Positions 11,375 through 21,345 of a stretch of 64,000 nt of DNA are shown here, piece by piece. Positions within the stretch are counted from its first letter, which is position 1. Each line of letters starts with the position of its first letter. A program made the translations under genes and the position numbers. Source of the DNA: an uncultured Nitrososphaerota archaeon (lineage in GTDB: Archaea; Thermoproteota; Nitrososphaeria; Nitrososphaerales; Gagatemarchaeaceae); NCBI GenBank assembly GCA_963718895.1, contig CAVRAG010000008.1:832001-896000 (forward strand). Reading direction: 5' to 3'. The notes beneath the pieces were generated by a model. The model worked only from the letters and a program-made list of their open reading frames with translations. It had not been told where the DNA came from and did not search any database.

Positions 11375-11615
11375 AGCGCAGCCGGCAGCCTGGGGCTCGT
11401 AGCCGCCTGTGCGCTCGAGGGCGTGCGCAAAGTTCGCGACGAAGCGCTCGTCATGCGGAGTGATCAGGGGCTCAAGAGTCGTTGAAAAGGTCCGTCGAGT
11501 CCAAACATCTTTCAAGGTTCTACGGCCGCTCTAATCGCGGTTCTAGCAGATTCCGATTATGCTCGAGGCAAGCATATAACCGCCGGTCCCCATACCAATC
11601 CACGCCGAAACTCGA

Positions 11616-13166
11616 ATGCAGCGAAGAGATTTCCTCAAGGCGAGCCTCGCGGCGGCGGCCGTCTCGGTCGCGGGTCTTTATGGACTCGACCAGCTTGCCT
11701 CGGTGAACGCGGCCGCCCTGGCCCTTCCGAGTCTGGCAAGGAATGCGGGGTCGGCGGTCCATGTCTTCACCTCGACGATCGAGAGCATGCAGTCCCTCCA
11801 GACCAGCTACGACGTCCAGACTACGTCAACGACGAGCACGACCACGTCGACGACGAACTCTGACGTAATCCCCGACGAGCTTCAGGTGCCACACCTCCTC
11901 AGGAGGGCGAGCTTCGGGGGGACCCCGATAGAGCTCCAGAACTATCAGGACATGGGTTTCGAGGGCGCCGTCGACTACCTCCTGAACTACCTCGACGTCA
12001 CCTCGAACGACGTCCCCGCGGCTCCTAACATAGTGCTGTCTTATTCCGGGCAGCAGACCGGGAACCCCCTCCAAGCCCTGCAGACCTGGTGGCTTCAGAG
12101 GATGGTCGGGACGTATCGCCCCCTCGAGGAGAAGATGACCCTCTTCTGGGCCAACCACTTTGCTACGGGGTACTCCAAGGTGGAGAACGCCTACCTGATG
12201 TACAAACAGAACGACTTCCTGAGGCTGAACGCCCTCGGCAACTTCGAGGACATCCTGACTGGCATCACGGCTGACGGGGCGATGCTGATCTGGCTCGACG
12301 GGAACCAGAGCCGGAAGGGGAACCCGAACGAGAACTACGCCAGGGAGGTGATGGAGGTCTTCTCGACCGGAAGGGGTCCATACACGCAGGACGACGTGAC
12401 GAACGGCGCCCTAGCCTTCACCGGGTACGAGATCGATGCGAACGGCAACGGGTACTTCAACCCCGCCCTGCACGACAACTCCACCAAGACCTTCATGGGC
12501 GTCACGGGGAACCTTGGCCCCGAAGACATCATCGACATACTCGTGGCGCATCCTGCCACGGCCGCCAACCTCTCGACTGAGCTCTTCGAGTTCTTCGCAT
12601 ACCCCAACCCCTCGCAGGACACGGTGAACGGCCTCGCGCAAGTTTACCTCGACAGCGGGTACGACATCAAGGCGCTGGTTCAGGCCATTCTCACCTCCCC
12701 TGAGTTCGTCTCCTCGTCGGCATACCTCGCCAACGTGAAGAGCCCAGCGGAGTACATCGCCACCTCGATGCGCTCCCTAGGAGCTACGGCCAACATGAAC
12801 GGCGCCGTCTCCGCGATGGGGAACATGGGGCAGGAACTCTTCAACCCACCCTCCGTCTTCGGATGGCCATCGGGGGAGGGGTGGATCAACACGGCTTCGG
12901 TCCTCGAGAGATACAACTTCCCTCCGATGATCCAGACGACGCAGGACAACCCCGACAGCCTCCTCGATGCTACGAAGTACTTCGCGCCGAAGAGCCAGAA
13001 CTCCGCTGACGTCGAGGCGATCGCGAACATCCTCTTCCCCGATGGGGTCCCAGCACCTCTGCTGCAGGTGATACAGAACTCGACCTCGGGATTGACGACC
13101 CCGGTCCTTCAGACCCTGGACGCGGTGAGGCTCGTGATGGCCACACCGTTCTACAACCTGAACTGA
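11616..13166 (+). CDS. DUF1800 family protein with Tat signal
   Basis: MQRRDFLK, HLLRRASFG, LEEKMTLFWANHF, PNENYAREVME, PPSVFGW. Confidence 0.92.
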   Translation: MQRRDFLKASLAAAAVSVAGLYGLDQLASVNAAALALPSLARNAGSAVHVFTSTIESMQSLQTSYDVQTTSTTSTTTSTTNSDVIPDELQVPHLLRRASFGGTPIELQNYQDMGFEGAVDYLLNYLDVTSNDVPAAPNIVLSYSGQQTGNPLQALQTWWLQRMVGTYRPLEEKMTLFWANHFATGYSKVENAYLMYKQNDFLRLNALGNFEDILTGITADGAMLIWLDGNQSRKGNPNENYAREVMEVFSTGRGPYTQDDVTNGALAFTGYEIDANGNGYFNPALHDNSTKTFMGVTGNLGPEDIIDILVAHPATAANLSTELFEFFAYPNPSQDTVNGLAQVYLDSGYDIKALVQAILTSPEFVSSSAYLANVKSPAEYIATSMRSLGATANMNGAVSAMGNMGQELFNPPSVFGWPSGEGWINTASVLERYNFPPMIQTTQDNPDSLLDATKYFAPKSQNSADVEAIANILFPDGVPAPLLQVIQNSTSGLTTPVLQTLDAVRLVMATPFYNLN

Positions 13167-13176
13167 TGGCGAGAGA

Positions 13177-14445
13177 ATGAAGACATCGAGACGAACCTTC
13201 CTGAAGGAGATGGCAAAGTCGTTCGGGAAAATCCCGTCGATAACGCCCATGAGCTTCGGTCCGACGGTCGTCGAGGCGAGCGACCTGGGGCTCGGACCAC
13301 TTCAGAGTGCGTCGAATCGCACACTCGTCGTCATACAGCTCATGGGAGGGAACGACGGCATCAACACCATCGTGCCCTACGGCCAGCCCGCGTACTACAC
13401 CAACAGGCCGACGCTGGGGCTCTCAGGGAGCCAGATACTCCCCATCGACGGCAACGTCGCTTTCAACGCGAATATGTCGGCGCTCTCGCAGATATACAGC
13501 AAGAACAACGTCGCGATAGTCCAGGGCGTCTCCTACCCGAACCCCAACCTCTCGCACTTCGAGGCCACGGCGATCTGGGAGAGCGGCTCCCCGGACAACC
13601 CCCAGACGACTGGATGGCTGGGGCGCTACCTGGACGCTGCGACTCAGGCGGACTCCACTACGGTGGCCGTCAACCTCAACGACCTTCTCCCGCAGACCCT
13701 GGAGGGCGTCTCCTCGAGTCCCCTCTCGATCGGGACCCTGACCGGCTTCAAACTCTCGCCGCTGGGGAAGATACCGGCCGCGAGCCAGCAGAACGACATC
13801 CAGACGCTGAACAACGTCGGTCTCAACCAGTCGGGGTGCGTCGCGTGCCAGGAGTACAACTCGCTCGTCTCTCAGATGATGCAGTCGGGCCTCGATGCGC
13901 TCAGCGCTTCCACGCTGATACAGACGGCGGCGAGCGCCTACCAGGCCACGGTGACCTATCCCAACAACGACTTCGCGAACAGGCTCAAGCTGGCGGCGGC
14001 GATCGTCACGTCGAGCCTGACCCCAAAGGTCGTCTACGTGACCCTCGGCGGGTTCGACACCCACGCGTCCCAGCTCGCGACTCAGAACGGTCTTCTCAAG
14101 ACCCTCTCAGACGGGCTCGCCGCGTTCTACGACGACCTCTCCGGTCAGGGGGTGGCCAACAGCACCGCGATCATGACCTTCTCCGAGTTCGGCAGGAGGG
14201 TCAAGGAGAACGGTAGCAAGGGAACGGACCACGGCTCGTCGCTCCCTCAGTTGATAATGGGCGGGCAGGTGAGCGCCGGTCTCTACGGCACCTATCCCGA
14301 CCTCACCAACCTCGACTCCTCCGGCAACCTCCTGTTCGACATAGACTATCGGCAGGTGTACGCCTCGGTCCTCGACGACTGGCTCGGGGTCGACTCGACC
14401 AGCATCCTCGGCTCGCAGTGGAACAAGGTCTCGGTCTTCAAATAG
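13177..14445 (+). CDS. DUF1501 family protein with Tat-like motif
   Basis: SRRTFLK, LVVIQLMGGNDGIN, NLSHF, GGFDTH, FSEFGRR, GTDHG, DYRQVYA. Confidence 0.92.
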   Translation: MKTSRRTFLKEMAKSFGKIPSITPMSFGPTVVEASDLGLGPLQSASNRTLVVIQLMGGNDGINTIVPYGQPAYYTNRPTLGLSGSQILPIDGNVAFNANMSALSQIYSKNNVAIVQGVSYPNPNLSHFEATAIWESGSPDNPQTTGWLGRYLDAATQADSTTVAVNLNDLLPQTLEGVSSSPLSIGTLTGFKLSPLGKIPAASQQNDIQTLNNVGLNQSGCVACQEYNSLVSQMMQSGLDALSASTLIQTAASAYQATVTYPNNDFANRLKLAAAIVTSSLTPKVVYVTLGGFDTHASQLATQNGLLKTLSDGLAAFYDDLSGQGVANSTAIMTFSEFGRRVKENGSKGTDHGSSLPQLIMGGQVSAGLYGTYPDLTNLDSSGNLLFDIDYRQVYASVLDDWLGVDSTSILGSQWNKVSVFK

Positions 14446-14470
14446 GACGGCCCTCCGCAGGAGGGCAGAG

Positions 14471-15127
14471 ATGAAAGGAAGGCTCATCGTCGCGGCCGCG
14501 GGGGTACTGATCATCTTCGCCGCCGCAGCCTTCGTCGGTGCGTCCTTTGTGCGCCACTCGACGACGAGCACCAGCCAGTCCATCACCACCGCCTCTTCCC
14601 CGAGCACTTCATCGTCATACGCCCAGTCCGGCTCGACGACGACATCCACGCCTTCCTCCACGACCTTGACCACGACCTCCGCCTCCACGAGCTCAACTTC
14701 GACGGCTCTCTCGAGCTCCGCTTCGTCGGCGTCCACGACCAGCTCGAGCACCGCTTCATCGACATCGTCCAGCTCGACGACCTCGAGCAGCCAGAGTTCC
14801 ACGACGACCTCTAGCTCGAGTTCATCCCCCACGCCAACGATGATAGTGATCCCCTATGACACGGGGGACAACGAATCCTTGAACTTCACTCCCTCAAACG
14901 TCACCGTGGTGATTGGGGTGAACAACACCATCACGTGGGTGGACGAGGATGCGATACAGCACACCGTCGTCTCCCTCTCCGTTCCGCAGGGCGCGCAGAG
15001 GTGGAACTCGGGTATCCTCAACCAGGCCCAGGAGTTCACGGTAACCCTCACCGTCCCGGGCAAGTACCTGTACTACTGCGACATCCACCCGACCTGGATG
15101 AGGGGCACGATCATCGTGAAGCCCTGA
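14471..15127 (+). CDS. Membrane-anchored cupredoxin (plastocyanin-like) on a Ser/Thr stalk
   Basis: N-terminal transmembrane segment, long S/T run, HTV...YYCDIHPTWMRG type-1 copper ligands. Confidence 0.9.
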   Translation: MKGRLIVAAAGVLIIFAAAAFVGASFVRHSTTSTSQSITTASSPSTSSSYAQSGSTTTSTPSSTTLTTTSASTSSTSTALSSSASSASTTSSSTASSTSSSSTTSSSQSSTTTSSSSSSPTPTMIVIPYDTGDNESLNFTPSNVTVVIGVNNTITWVDEDAIQHTVVSLSVPQGAQRWNSGILNQAQEFTVTLTVPGKYLYYCDIHPTWMRGTIIVKP

Positions 15128-15215
15128 TTGAAGGTTTGATCGAGATGAAACAACCCGCGAAGAATTCGACGAAGAGCGAATGAACGCGCAGTCGACGAGT
15201 CGTCTTAGCGAGGAC

Positions 15216-15932
15216 CTACCGGCCGAGGCCTATGAAAGCAGGGGCCATCTTCCTCAGCACCAGAAGCGCGGGGACGAGGAAGACGAAGAGGAGGGCGAAC
15301 CCGAACGGGAACTCCGGGACGCCTACGGTGGAGCACCCCCTGGTTATCTGGATGAAGTTAGAGCCGGATTCCTCAGTTATGCTAGCGGCCGAGGGTGCTA
15401 TCGTTCCACCGCATTCGTTGGTGATCGTGCCGAAGTTGTCGACGCCGGTGCCGCCGGTGTTCTCGATGTTGATCGTGCCGTAGTTGTAGATGACGCCACC
15501 GGGGGTAAAGTTGGCGATGCCAGTGGTCACCGCGCCGGAGGTCTCAATGTTGATAGTGCCGTGGTTGGTGATGGTGCCGAAGCTGGAGATGCCATCGCCG
15601 TCGTTGTCCTGGATGTTGATTATGCCCCCGCTGTCGACCGTGAGAGAGGCGCCGCCGGCGACCGATATGAAGCCATTACTTGTTGTCGTGAGGGTCGTCC
15701 CGGAGGGAACTTCAAGGGTGTCCCCTGTACTGATCGTATAGCCCGAGCCCCCCGAAACTGTGCACGTCCCGGAGCTCCAGGACCCTCCTATCGGGGAGAC
15801 GCATGTAGAACTATTGAGAGTAATAGTAGTCGCCGCGTGTGCGGCCGGGACAACGCCGAGGGCGAAAATCCCCACCAGGGCGAAAGCGACCGCGACCCTA
15901 ACGTGCGCGGACCTGCTGCCATGTTGGAACAT
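15216..15932 (-). CDS. Secreted protein with NxGTI repeats and a PEF-CTERM-like sorting signal
   Basis: Signal peptide ending AHA. C-terminus VPEFPFGFALLFVFLVPALLVLRK. Confidence 0.85.
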   Translation of the reverse strand: MFQHGSRSAHVRVAVAFALVGIFALGVVPAAHAATTITLNSSTCVSPIGGSWSSGTCTVSGGSGYTISTGDTLEVPSGTTLTTTSNGFISVAGGASLTVDSGGIINIQDNDGDGISSFGTITNHGTINIETSGAVTTGIANFTPGGVIYNYGTINIENTGGTGVDNFGTITNECGGTIAPSAASITEESGSNFIQITRGCSTVGVPEFPFGFALLFVFLVPALLVLRKMAPAFIGLGR

Positions 15933-16037
15933 GTTCTGGGCGTTTTTCGCACGTCTTGGATTTAAGGGTTCAGGCTTTGAAGTTCAGGGCGATGAATCCC
16001 AGATTCATGTCCCGCAAGAGACTCTGGCCATCCAGGT

Positions 16038-16065
16038 CTGGATGTGAGTCTCTTCGCAGTTCTCG
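16038..16065 (-). repeat. Repeat family B copy
   Basis: CTGGATGTGAGTCTCTTCGCAGTTCTCG encodes ENCEETHIQ and resembles 33981-34010. Confidence 0.65.
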
Positions 16066-16400
16066 CGGAGGTTGTAGCCGGGTCGCCGGGCGGTGCCCCT
16101 GGTGAATATCGCCAGCTCATCCGACGGCAGGAGAAACATCGTCCTTCTCATGCACCACGCCCTCACCAGCGTCCTTTCCTTCCACAGCGCAGTGTCCACG
16201 TCCTGGATGCTGGGCACCTCGACCCGTGTCCAAAGCGACATCTGAGCCGCCAACAGCACCTGTGCCTGCGCCCCCATCATGTCGCCGGCTGCCGAACCCA
16301 GGGCTGCGGCAGGGGCCCGCTTTGAGAGATGGTGCCGGGAAAGCCTGAAGGCGGCCACCTAGTTCCAAGAGGCTCGGATGGCGTCTTCCCCGGAAGAAAG
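16066..16400 (-). pseudogene. 5' fragment of an AlkZ/YcaQ-like (HTH_42) DNA glycosylase gene
   Basis: FRLSRHHL, GAQAQ, SLWTRV, RTLVRAWCMRRTMFLL. Truncated after about 110 codons. Confidence 0.75.
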
Positions 16401-16491
16401 AGCAGCCTCCGAGATATAAAATCGCCCGGCTCTCGACAGGTCCAAGTTTTGGTTCCAGATGATTTGAGACTTCGGCGCGATTCGCGGGGAA

Positions 16492-16941
16492 TCACGTCTC
16501 TCGTTCGACCCGCTGCCCGAAGAAGCCCTTCGCAGAGAGGAGCAGCCCCAGCACCGCCGGCAGGGTGGAGAAGAGCCCGGTGTACCAGCCTCCCCAGCTC
16601 AGGTAGTCGAAGGCGCTGGTTACCAGTCCCACGACGACGAAGAGCAGAATCGAGTACCATCCCCACTTTTCGCCCCGTCTGAAAGCCTTGATGCCGATCA
16701 GGACGGCGAACAACCCGATAGCCGCGGCGTAGAAGTTGATGTAGAGCTGGTTCCATGTGAGGCTAGTCAGGGCCTGAGCCGAGTAGCCGGCGACCGACCC
16801 GCTCACCGCCACACCCCAACCGCACGATGGAAAGCAGGCGGCCGCCGTCGCGCCGAACACGATCCCTGCGACGGTCCAGGCCGCACCGCCAAGCACGACG
16901 AGCGCGACCGCGTACCTCGAGACCACGGCCTGACCGGCCAT
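16492..16941 (-). CDS. Four-TM membrane protein
   Basis: Hydrophobic segments, AFRRGEKWGW. Co-oriented with and 7 bp from the upstream gene. Confidence 0.75.
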   Translation of the reverse strand: MAGQAVVSRYAVALVVLGGAAWTVAGIVFGATAAACFPSCGWGVAVSGSVAGYSAQALTSLTWNQLYINFYAAAIGLFAVLIGIKAFRRGEKWGWYSILLFVVVGLVTSAFDYLSWGGWYTGLFSTLPAVLGLLLSAKGFFGQRVERET

Positions 16942-16948
16942 CGCTGTC

Positions 16949-17359
16949 TCACTTCGCGCCGGGACTTTCCTGCGTCCGCACCTTCACGGAGATGACGGCA
17001 GTCAGCCGTTCCCCCCTCAGCCGGGCGACTCGATCCACGATCGCGCTCCCGATCGCACCGTATTCTTTCCTGAAGAGTTTCTGTATCCGGACGACTTCAT
17101 CCCCCTCCACCGCGTGCGCGTCTCCGTCGACCCAGGGTCCGGTCGGCTTTCCGTTCCTGTCCGAGAGCGCTATGCGGACATGAGCGTCCCTCCTGATCCT
17201 CTTTACCTTCCATGTCCTCGGGTCTGTGCGGAACCAGACCAGACCGCCGTCTTCGATGGACTGGACGGGAGTCAGTTTCGGGGTCCCGTCCTTCTTGTAC
17301 GACTCTACGGTGATGTACCTTCGCCCTGAGAACTGCTCGACGGGATTCCCTGGTTCCAT
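16949..17359 (-). CDS. PPOX-class F420-dependent oxidoreductase
   Basis: YITVESYKKDGTPKLTPV, KVKRIRRDAHVRIA. Confidence 0.88.
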   Translation of the reverse strand: MEPGNPVEQFSGRRYITVESYKKDGTPKLTPVQSIEDGGLVWFRTDPRTWKVKRIRRDAHVRIALSDRNGKPTGPWVDGDAHAVEGDEVVRIQKLFRKEYGAIGSAIVDRVARLRGERLTAVISVKVRTQESPGAK

Positions 17360-17450
17360 AACGGTCGTCTGGCGAGAATTTGGTCTGCTTCGGTTAATAA
17401 AGGAGAGATGCGATTCCCAGCAATGGGAGCCGGACTCGCCCGCGTCGCGC

Positions 17451-17495
17451 CTACCCGGAGATTTTCACCTTGGTCGCTTGGACCTGGTCCGGCGT
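17451..17495 (-). repeat. HerA-like ATPase 3'-end fragment (family A, copy 1)
   Basis: Encodes TPDQVQATKVKISG*, matching the C-terminus of 47198..48322. Confidence 0.8.
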
Positions 17496-17577
17496 CTAGG
17501 TTGGTGAGGGTTGGGAACGTGACAGAGATCCTGTTCAGCAGCGTGCTCGAAGCTCGGTGCCTCTACACGGAGATGTC

Positions 17578-17735
17578 GGAAAGGCATAAACGGGACGAGA
17601 AGAGGTTGAGGGAAGAATGACCTCGGCGAGGCTAACGAAGAAGAAGGAGGCTGAGCTTAGGCTCGTCGCGGACTCCACTCATGACGCCCTGCTAGCGACT
17701 GCGGCCAAAGTAACAAAGGTCGCCAAGAGCTAGGG
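17578..17735 (+). repeat. About 157-bp direct repeat, copy 1, containing a 38-aa ORF (17617..17733)
   Basis: Matches 18298-18455 at an exact 720-bp offset. Encodes MTSARLTKKKEAELRLVADSTHDALLATAAKVTKVAKS. Confidence 0.85.
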
Positions 17736-17747
17736 CCCCAGTGCGGG

Positions 17748-17957
17748 TCAGCGTCTGCCTGAGATTTTTGATACTATCAAGGGGGCATCCTCCTTGAACG
17801 AGCGCTTGGCTCCGAGGATTTCTATTCCGATGATTTCGCCCTTGGCCGATAGATCAACGACGACGTTCTTGGACACCTCTACGCTCTTCCAGTATTCGCG
17901 ATTCTTCAGCTGTATGCCGAGAATATCCTCCTTCTCGTCGTACCAGGTCTCGCTCAA
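17748..17957 (-). CDS. DUF2283 family protein (putative antitoxin)
   Basis: YDEKEDILGI...VVVDLSAKGEIIGIEILGA. Confidence 0.85.
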   Translation of the reverse strand: MSETWYDEKEDILGIQLKNREYWKSVEVSKNVVVDLSAKGEIIGIEILGAKRSFKEDAPLIVSKISGRR

Positions 17958-17966
17958 GGTGTTCGA

Positions 17967-18212
17967 CTAATCGAGCCAGTACGCAGTTATAATCTTATAC
18001 CTTCTCGGACCGATGATTCTGTATGCGACCTTGAGCGTTCGACCCACAGATGGGACGCGAAAGGTCGCGTTTAGTGCATCCTCCCATCTCGCGTCCCTTC
18101 TTGTTGTTCCGCGAAGGATCGTGGCGAGTATGAATTCATCAGTGACCGTGGACCTGTACTTCCTCTTTCGCTTCCAGTGCTCGGTCGGCTCTAGGCTCGT
18201 GTCCTTTCGTCT
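17967..18212 (-). CDS. DUF4258/RelE-like putative toxin with no recognisable in-frame start codon
   Basis: Hand translation EPTEHWKRKRKYRSTVTDEFI...GRTLKVAYRIIGPRRYKIITAYWLD*. Lies upstream of DUF2283. Confidence 0.65.
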   Translation of the reverse strand, partial: RRKDTSLEPTEHWKRKRKYRSTVTDEFILATILRGTTRRDARWEDALNATFRVPSVGRTLKVAYRIIGPRRYKIITAYWLD

Positions 18213-18297
18213 CTAGGATGAGATTCGGGCTGATAAACCCAACCAAGCTCGGCGGGTACCACCTCATATCGCGACGCTCGAGTACACTTAGCTCAGC

Positions 18298-18455
18298 GGA
18301 AAGGCACAAACGGGACGAGAAGAGGTTGAGAGAAGTATGACCGCGGAGAGGCTAACGAAGAAGAAGGAGGCTGAACTTAGGCTCATCGCCGACTCCACCT
18401 ATGACGCCGTCCTGGCCACTGCGGTCAAGGTACCAAGGGTCGCCAAGAGTTAGGG
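18298..18455 (+). repeat. About 157-bp direct repeat, copy 2, containing a 38-aa ORF (18337..18453)
   Basis: Encodes MTAERLTKKKEAELRLIADSTYDAVLATAVKVPRVAKS. Confidence 0.85.
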
Positions 18456-18698
18456 ATTCGGACGGGAAGCCGTCTGGCCCTCCCAAACAGCTCAATTCCG
18501 ATTCTACACCCTGATCAAGCCTGAATCACGGCATTTGCCCCAGGCGGAGCACATAGACGCGACTCACGACACTCACCGGTATGGCTCGCCACTTCTCATG
18601 CTCGCAACCCTTACGGCCATTCTCATCGCCTTCGCGAATGAAGGCAAATGGTCGCTGCGCTTAAGTAGTACCAAGCGCATGTAGTACTGCGAGAGATT

Positions 18699-18929
18699 AT
18701 GGCTGAAGAAGTGGTAGTAACCCGGAAGGGCCAGACAACAGTTCCGATTAGACTGAGGAAGAAATATGGCATATCCGAGGGAACGAGACTTGTAGTTGAG
18801 GACACCGGTACAGGCATCCTGTTCCGGAAGGCGTCGAGCGTCCTGGACTTGGCAGGCACGGGCGCCAAGTCTGCTACTGTGGACGAAATGAAGAAGCTGC
18901 TGGACGAGATGAGAGCCGAAGAGGATTGA
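18699..18929 (+). CDS. AbrB/MazE-type antitoxin
   Basis: VTRKGQTTVPIRLRKKYGISEG. Confidence 0.9.
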   Translation: MAEEVVVTRKGQTTVPIRLRKKYGISEGTRLVVEDTGTGILFRKASSVLDLAGTGAKSATVDEMKKLLDEMRAEED

Positions 18930-19315
18930 AAGGCAGTTCCTTCGACACAAGGTTTTTGGTGGAACTGTTCTATTCTACAGATGAAAACACCCAGAGCAAG
19001 ATCAGAGCCATACTTCTAAACTCGAAGCCGAATATCCTCTCGACCGCTGCTCTTTCAGAAGTCTACAAGCTCACCCTAGAAAAGGAGGGCGAGGATGTGG
19101 CTGAGATCCGAGCGAATTCCCTAGGTAAGGACTTCCGGTTGGTAGACGTGGACAAAGAAATCGCCATTCAAGCGGCAATCATCAAGCACAGGTACGGGAT
19201 ACCCTTTGCCGATAGCTTGATCGCGTCTACCGCCACGGTCCTCGGCGTACCTTGCTACACCGACGACCCGCACTTTCACGACATCTCGGGTTTGAACGTA
19301 AAGTGGCTTCGCTGA
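18926..19315 (+). CDS. vapC: PIN-domain VapC toxin
   Basis: FDTRFL, LSEV, FADSLIASTA, YTDDPHF. 4-bp overlap with the antitoxin. Confidence 0.9.
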   Translation: MKGSSFDTRFLVELFYSTDENTQSKIRAILLNSKPNILSTAALSEVYKLTLEKEGEDVAEIRANSLGKDFRLVDVDKEIAIQAAIIKHRYGIPFADSLIASTATVLGVPCYTDDPHFHDISGLNVKWLR

Positions 19316-19464
19316 AGACGAGAAGCTTGCTGATTCCCACCATTCGAGACCCTGCACCAGGCTCTCCTCATCAGGGACCTGAAGAGAGGCCTACGGGCGT
19401 TCGCGAAACCATAATCGGCCAAGCGGGGCAATGACTCCGGCCCGAACGTCTGAGAGTCGTCTGG

Positions 19465-19544
19465 TCACGCCGAGACCTTCACCTTGGTCGTCTGGACCTG
19501 GTCCGGCGTCGAGACGCGCACCATGGCCCCGCCGATCTTAAGGA
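19465..19544 (-). repeat. HerA-like ATPase 3'-end fragment (family A, copy 2)
   Basis: Encodes LLKIGGAMVRVSTPDQVQTTKVKVSA*. Confidence 0.9.
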
Positions 19545-19588
19545 GACCTCGTTCAGAGATGGACTCGTCCTCTCCAATGTCCACAGAA

Positions 19589-20317
19589 TCATGCAGGCAC
19601 TTCGATACGCTTCGATCGGCCTGCCTCCAGCCCCAATCGAAGATGTCTCTTCTTCGTTGGCGCATTCTCCAGCCGCGCCTCGACGAGCTTCCTTAGGCGC
19701 TTGTACTGCTTCCGGACCGTCACTTCTCCTACCCCAGCCGCCTCTGCAGCCTCACGCTGGGTCAGCGCGCTGCCCTCAAGCATCGAGGCCAGATAGAGGG
19801 CCGAGGCAGCGAGCCCCCGGGGGTAGACGCCGTCGGTGATTCCCGCTCTCTCGGCTTGCGACAGTATCTCTCGAGCATCCGCCTCCACCTTCAGCCCCAC
19901 ATTCGTTCGGTATGCGACCCTCGCCAAGCACTCCGTTGGGTCGCCGACGGGGATCTTCAGGTCGAGCTCGTTGACCAGCGACCTGTACCACCTAGCTACC
20001 GTTATGCTTCCCACGCCGCTGGCCGCGGCCACGTCATCGAGGGTTGTTGCGATGCTCCTCTCCCTGCAGGCGGCATAGAGCGATGAGACGGCGATTTTGG
20101 CGAGTGGCTTCCCCTTCGCCAGACCCGTTTTCAGACTTCTATTGTAGATAGAGGTCGCTTCGTCTGTCACCTCGTGGGGGAGGAGAAGTTTGTCGGAGGC
20201 CTTCTTGATTTCTCTGAGAGCAACTCCTGCTGCTTCAACCCTGTTCTCTGTGATCAATGCCTTCAGCCTCCTGGGCTGAGAACCTCCTGACCAAGTTGTC
20301 CATTCCAACCACGGCAA
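19589..20317 (-). CDS. tfb: TFB (TFIIB) core-domain paralog with no Zn ribbon
   Basis: Two cyclin repeats: SLYAACRE, PRGLAASALYLAS, TQREAAEAAGVGEVTVRKQYKRL. No CxxC at the N-terminus. Confidence 0.8.
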   Translation of the reverse strand: MPWLEWTTWSGGSQPRRLKALITENRVEAAGVALREIKKASDKLLLPHEVTDEATSIYNRSLKTGLAKGKPLAKIAVSSLYAACRERSIATTLDDVAAASGVGSITVARWYRSLVNELDLKIPVGDPTECLARVAYRTNVGLKVEADAREILSQAERAGITDGVYPRGLAASALYLASMLEGSALTQREAAEAAGVGEVTVRKQYKRLRKLVEARLENAPTKKRHLRLGLEAGRSKRIEVPA

Positions 20318-20385
20318 TCAGTCATCCCGCAGTTTCGGCCGCTGCTGTGAAGATCCAATCTTGCCGAGCGCGGGCTGATTATGTG

Positions 20386-21345
20386 CTATTTCGACCGAGC
20401 TCCCCTAGACGCGAAGATCACTCCGGCTAACACAATGGCGACAGCCACCACAACGTAGCTCGCGTCATTGCCGAACGACGAGGAACCCGAGGTCGTTGAC
20501 GATGAGGTAGACGAAGTGGTCGATGACATGGAGGTTGAAGTGGTTGTGGAGCTTGAGCTGGCACCACTTGAGACCATGGAACTGGTCGTACTCGTTGAAG
20601 GTGTAGTGTTGGTGGTGCTCGAAGTCGCAGTTGTGCTTGCCGTGTAGGTCTGGCTGCTCAGGCTCAGCAGATATGTGTTCATGTCAGTTGCCGCGTGGGC
20701 CCCGGGTTCGGAGAACTCTCCCACCGCAAAGCCAACCTCAATCGAAGTTCCTGAAGCGAGGCCGAGGAACGGGTCGTGAGGCGAAGCGTTGGTGAGATGG
20801 AGTGGCCGATAGCATTCTGCCGTGTAGACGGTCCCTGAGAGGGCCAGTGCACAGGTCGACTGGGTCTTGTAGCCGTCGGTTTCGACCGATGTCGGAGTGG
20901 TCTCAGCCTGAGATATGAACTCGTCGTAACCTCCCTTGAAGGAGGGACTGACGAGAAGCATGATGGCTGGGTTGAGCGCAGTTCCCATTACACCGACGTT
21001 GCTCGCGTTATCGAACTCGACGCCGCCGTAACAGTACTGGTCGGTACAAAGTCCGCTGGTGATCATCTCGGGCCACTGCATGAGAATGAACAATCCGGTC
21101 GCGTTGTGTTTGAAGGCGACGCCCATGCTCGAGACCGAATCGTTAATCATCTGGGCATCGCTCCATTCACCAGGAGAGACCTTCCCGTCGAGCTTCACCG
21201 GCGCTTGAGCCTGATAGGCTACGAGGGTCTGGGCTGCGCTCACGTGTGGAACGGCCGCTGCCAGCAGAAGGGCCAGGAGGAGCGCCAGAGGGAGGGTACC
21301 GAATCTTCGTTTACGGAGCACAGCTAACCTATCTTCCAATGACAT
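20386..21345 (-). CDS. Secreted DOMON/CBM9-like protein with Ser/Thr stalk and C-terminal TM anchor
   Basis: Signal peptide, PVKLDGKVSPGEWSDA, S/T run, transmembrane segment plus basic tail. Confidence 0.7.
   Translation of the reverse strand: MSLEDRLAVLRKRRFGTLPLALLLALLLAAAVPHVSAAQTLVAYQAQAPVKLDGKVSPGEWSDAQMINDSVSSMGVAFKHNATGLFILMQWPEMITSGLCTDQYCYGGVEFDNASNVGVMGTALNPAIMLLVSPSFKGGYDEFISQAETTPTSVETDGYKTQSTCALALSGTVYTAECYRPLHLTNASPHDPFLGLASGTSIEVGFAVGEFSEPGAHAATDMNTYLLSLSSQTYTASTTATSSTTNTTPSTSTTSSMVSSGASSSSTTTSTSMSSTTSSTSSSTTSGSSSFGNDASYVVVAVAIVLAGVIFASRGARSK

Noticed and set aside
14550-14830. Low-complexity TCG/ACG-type repeats as possible satellite DNA
   Set aside because: They encode the Ser/Thr stalk of the cupredoxin, and the same applies to similar runs in other surface proteins.
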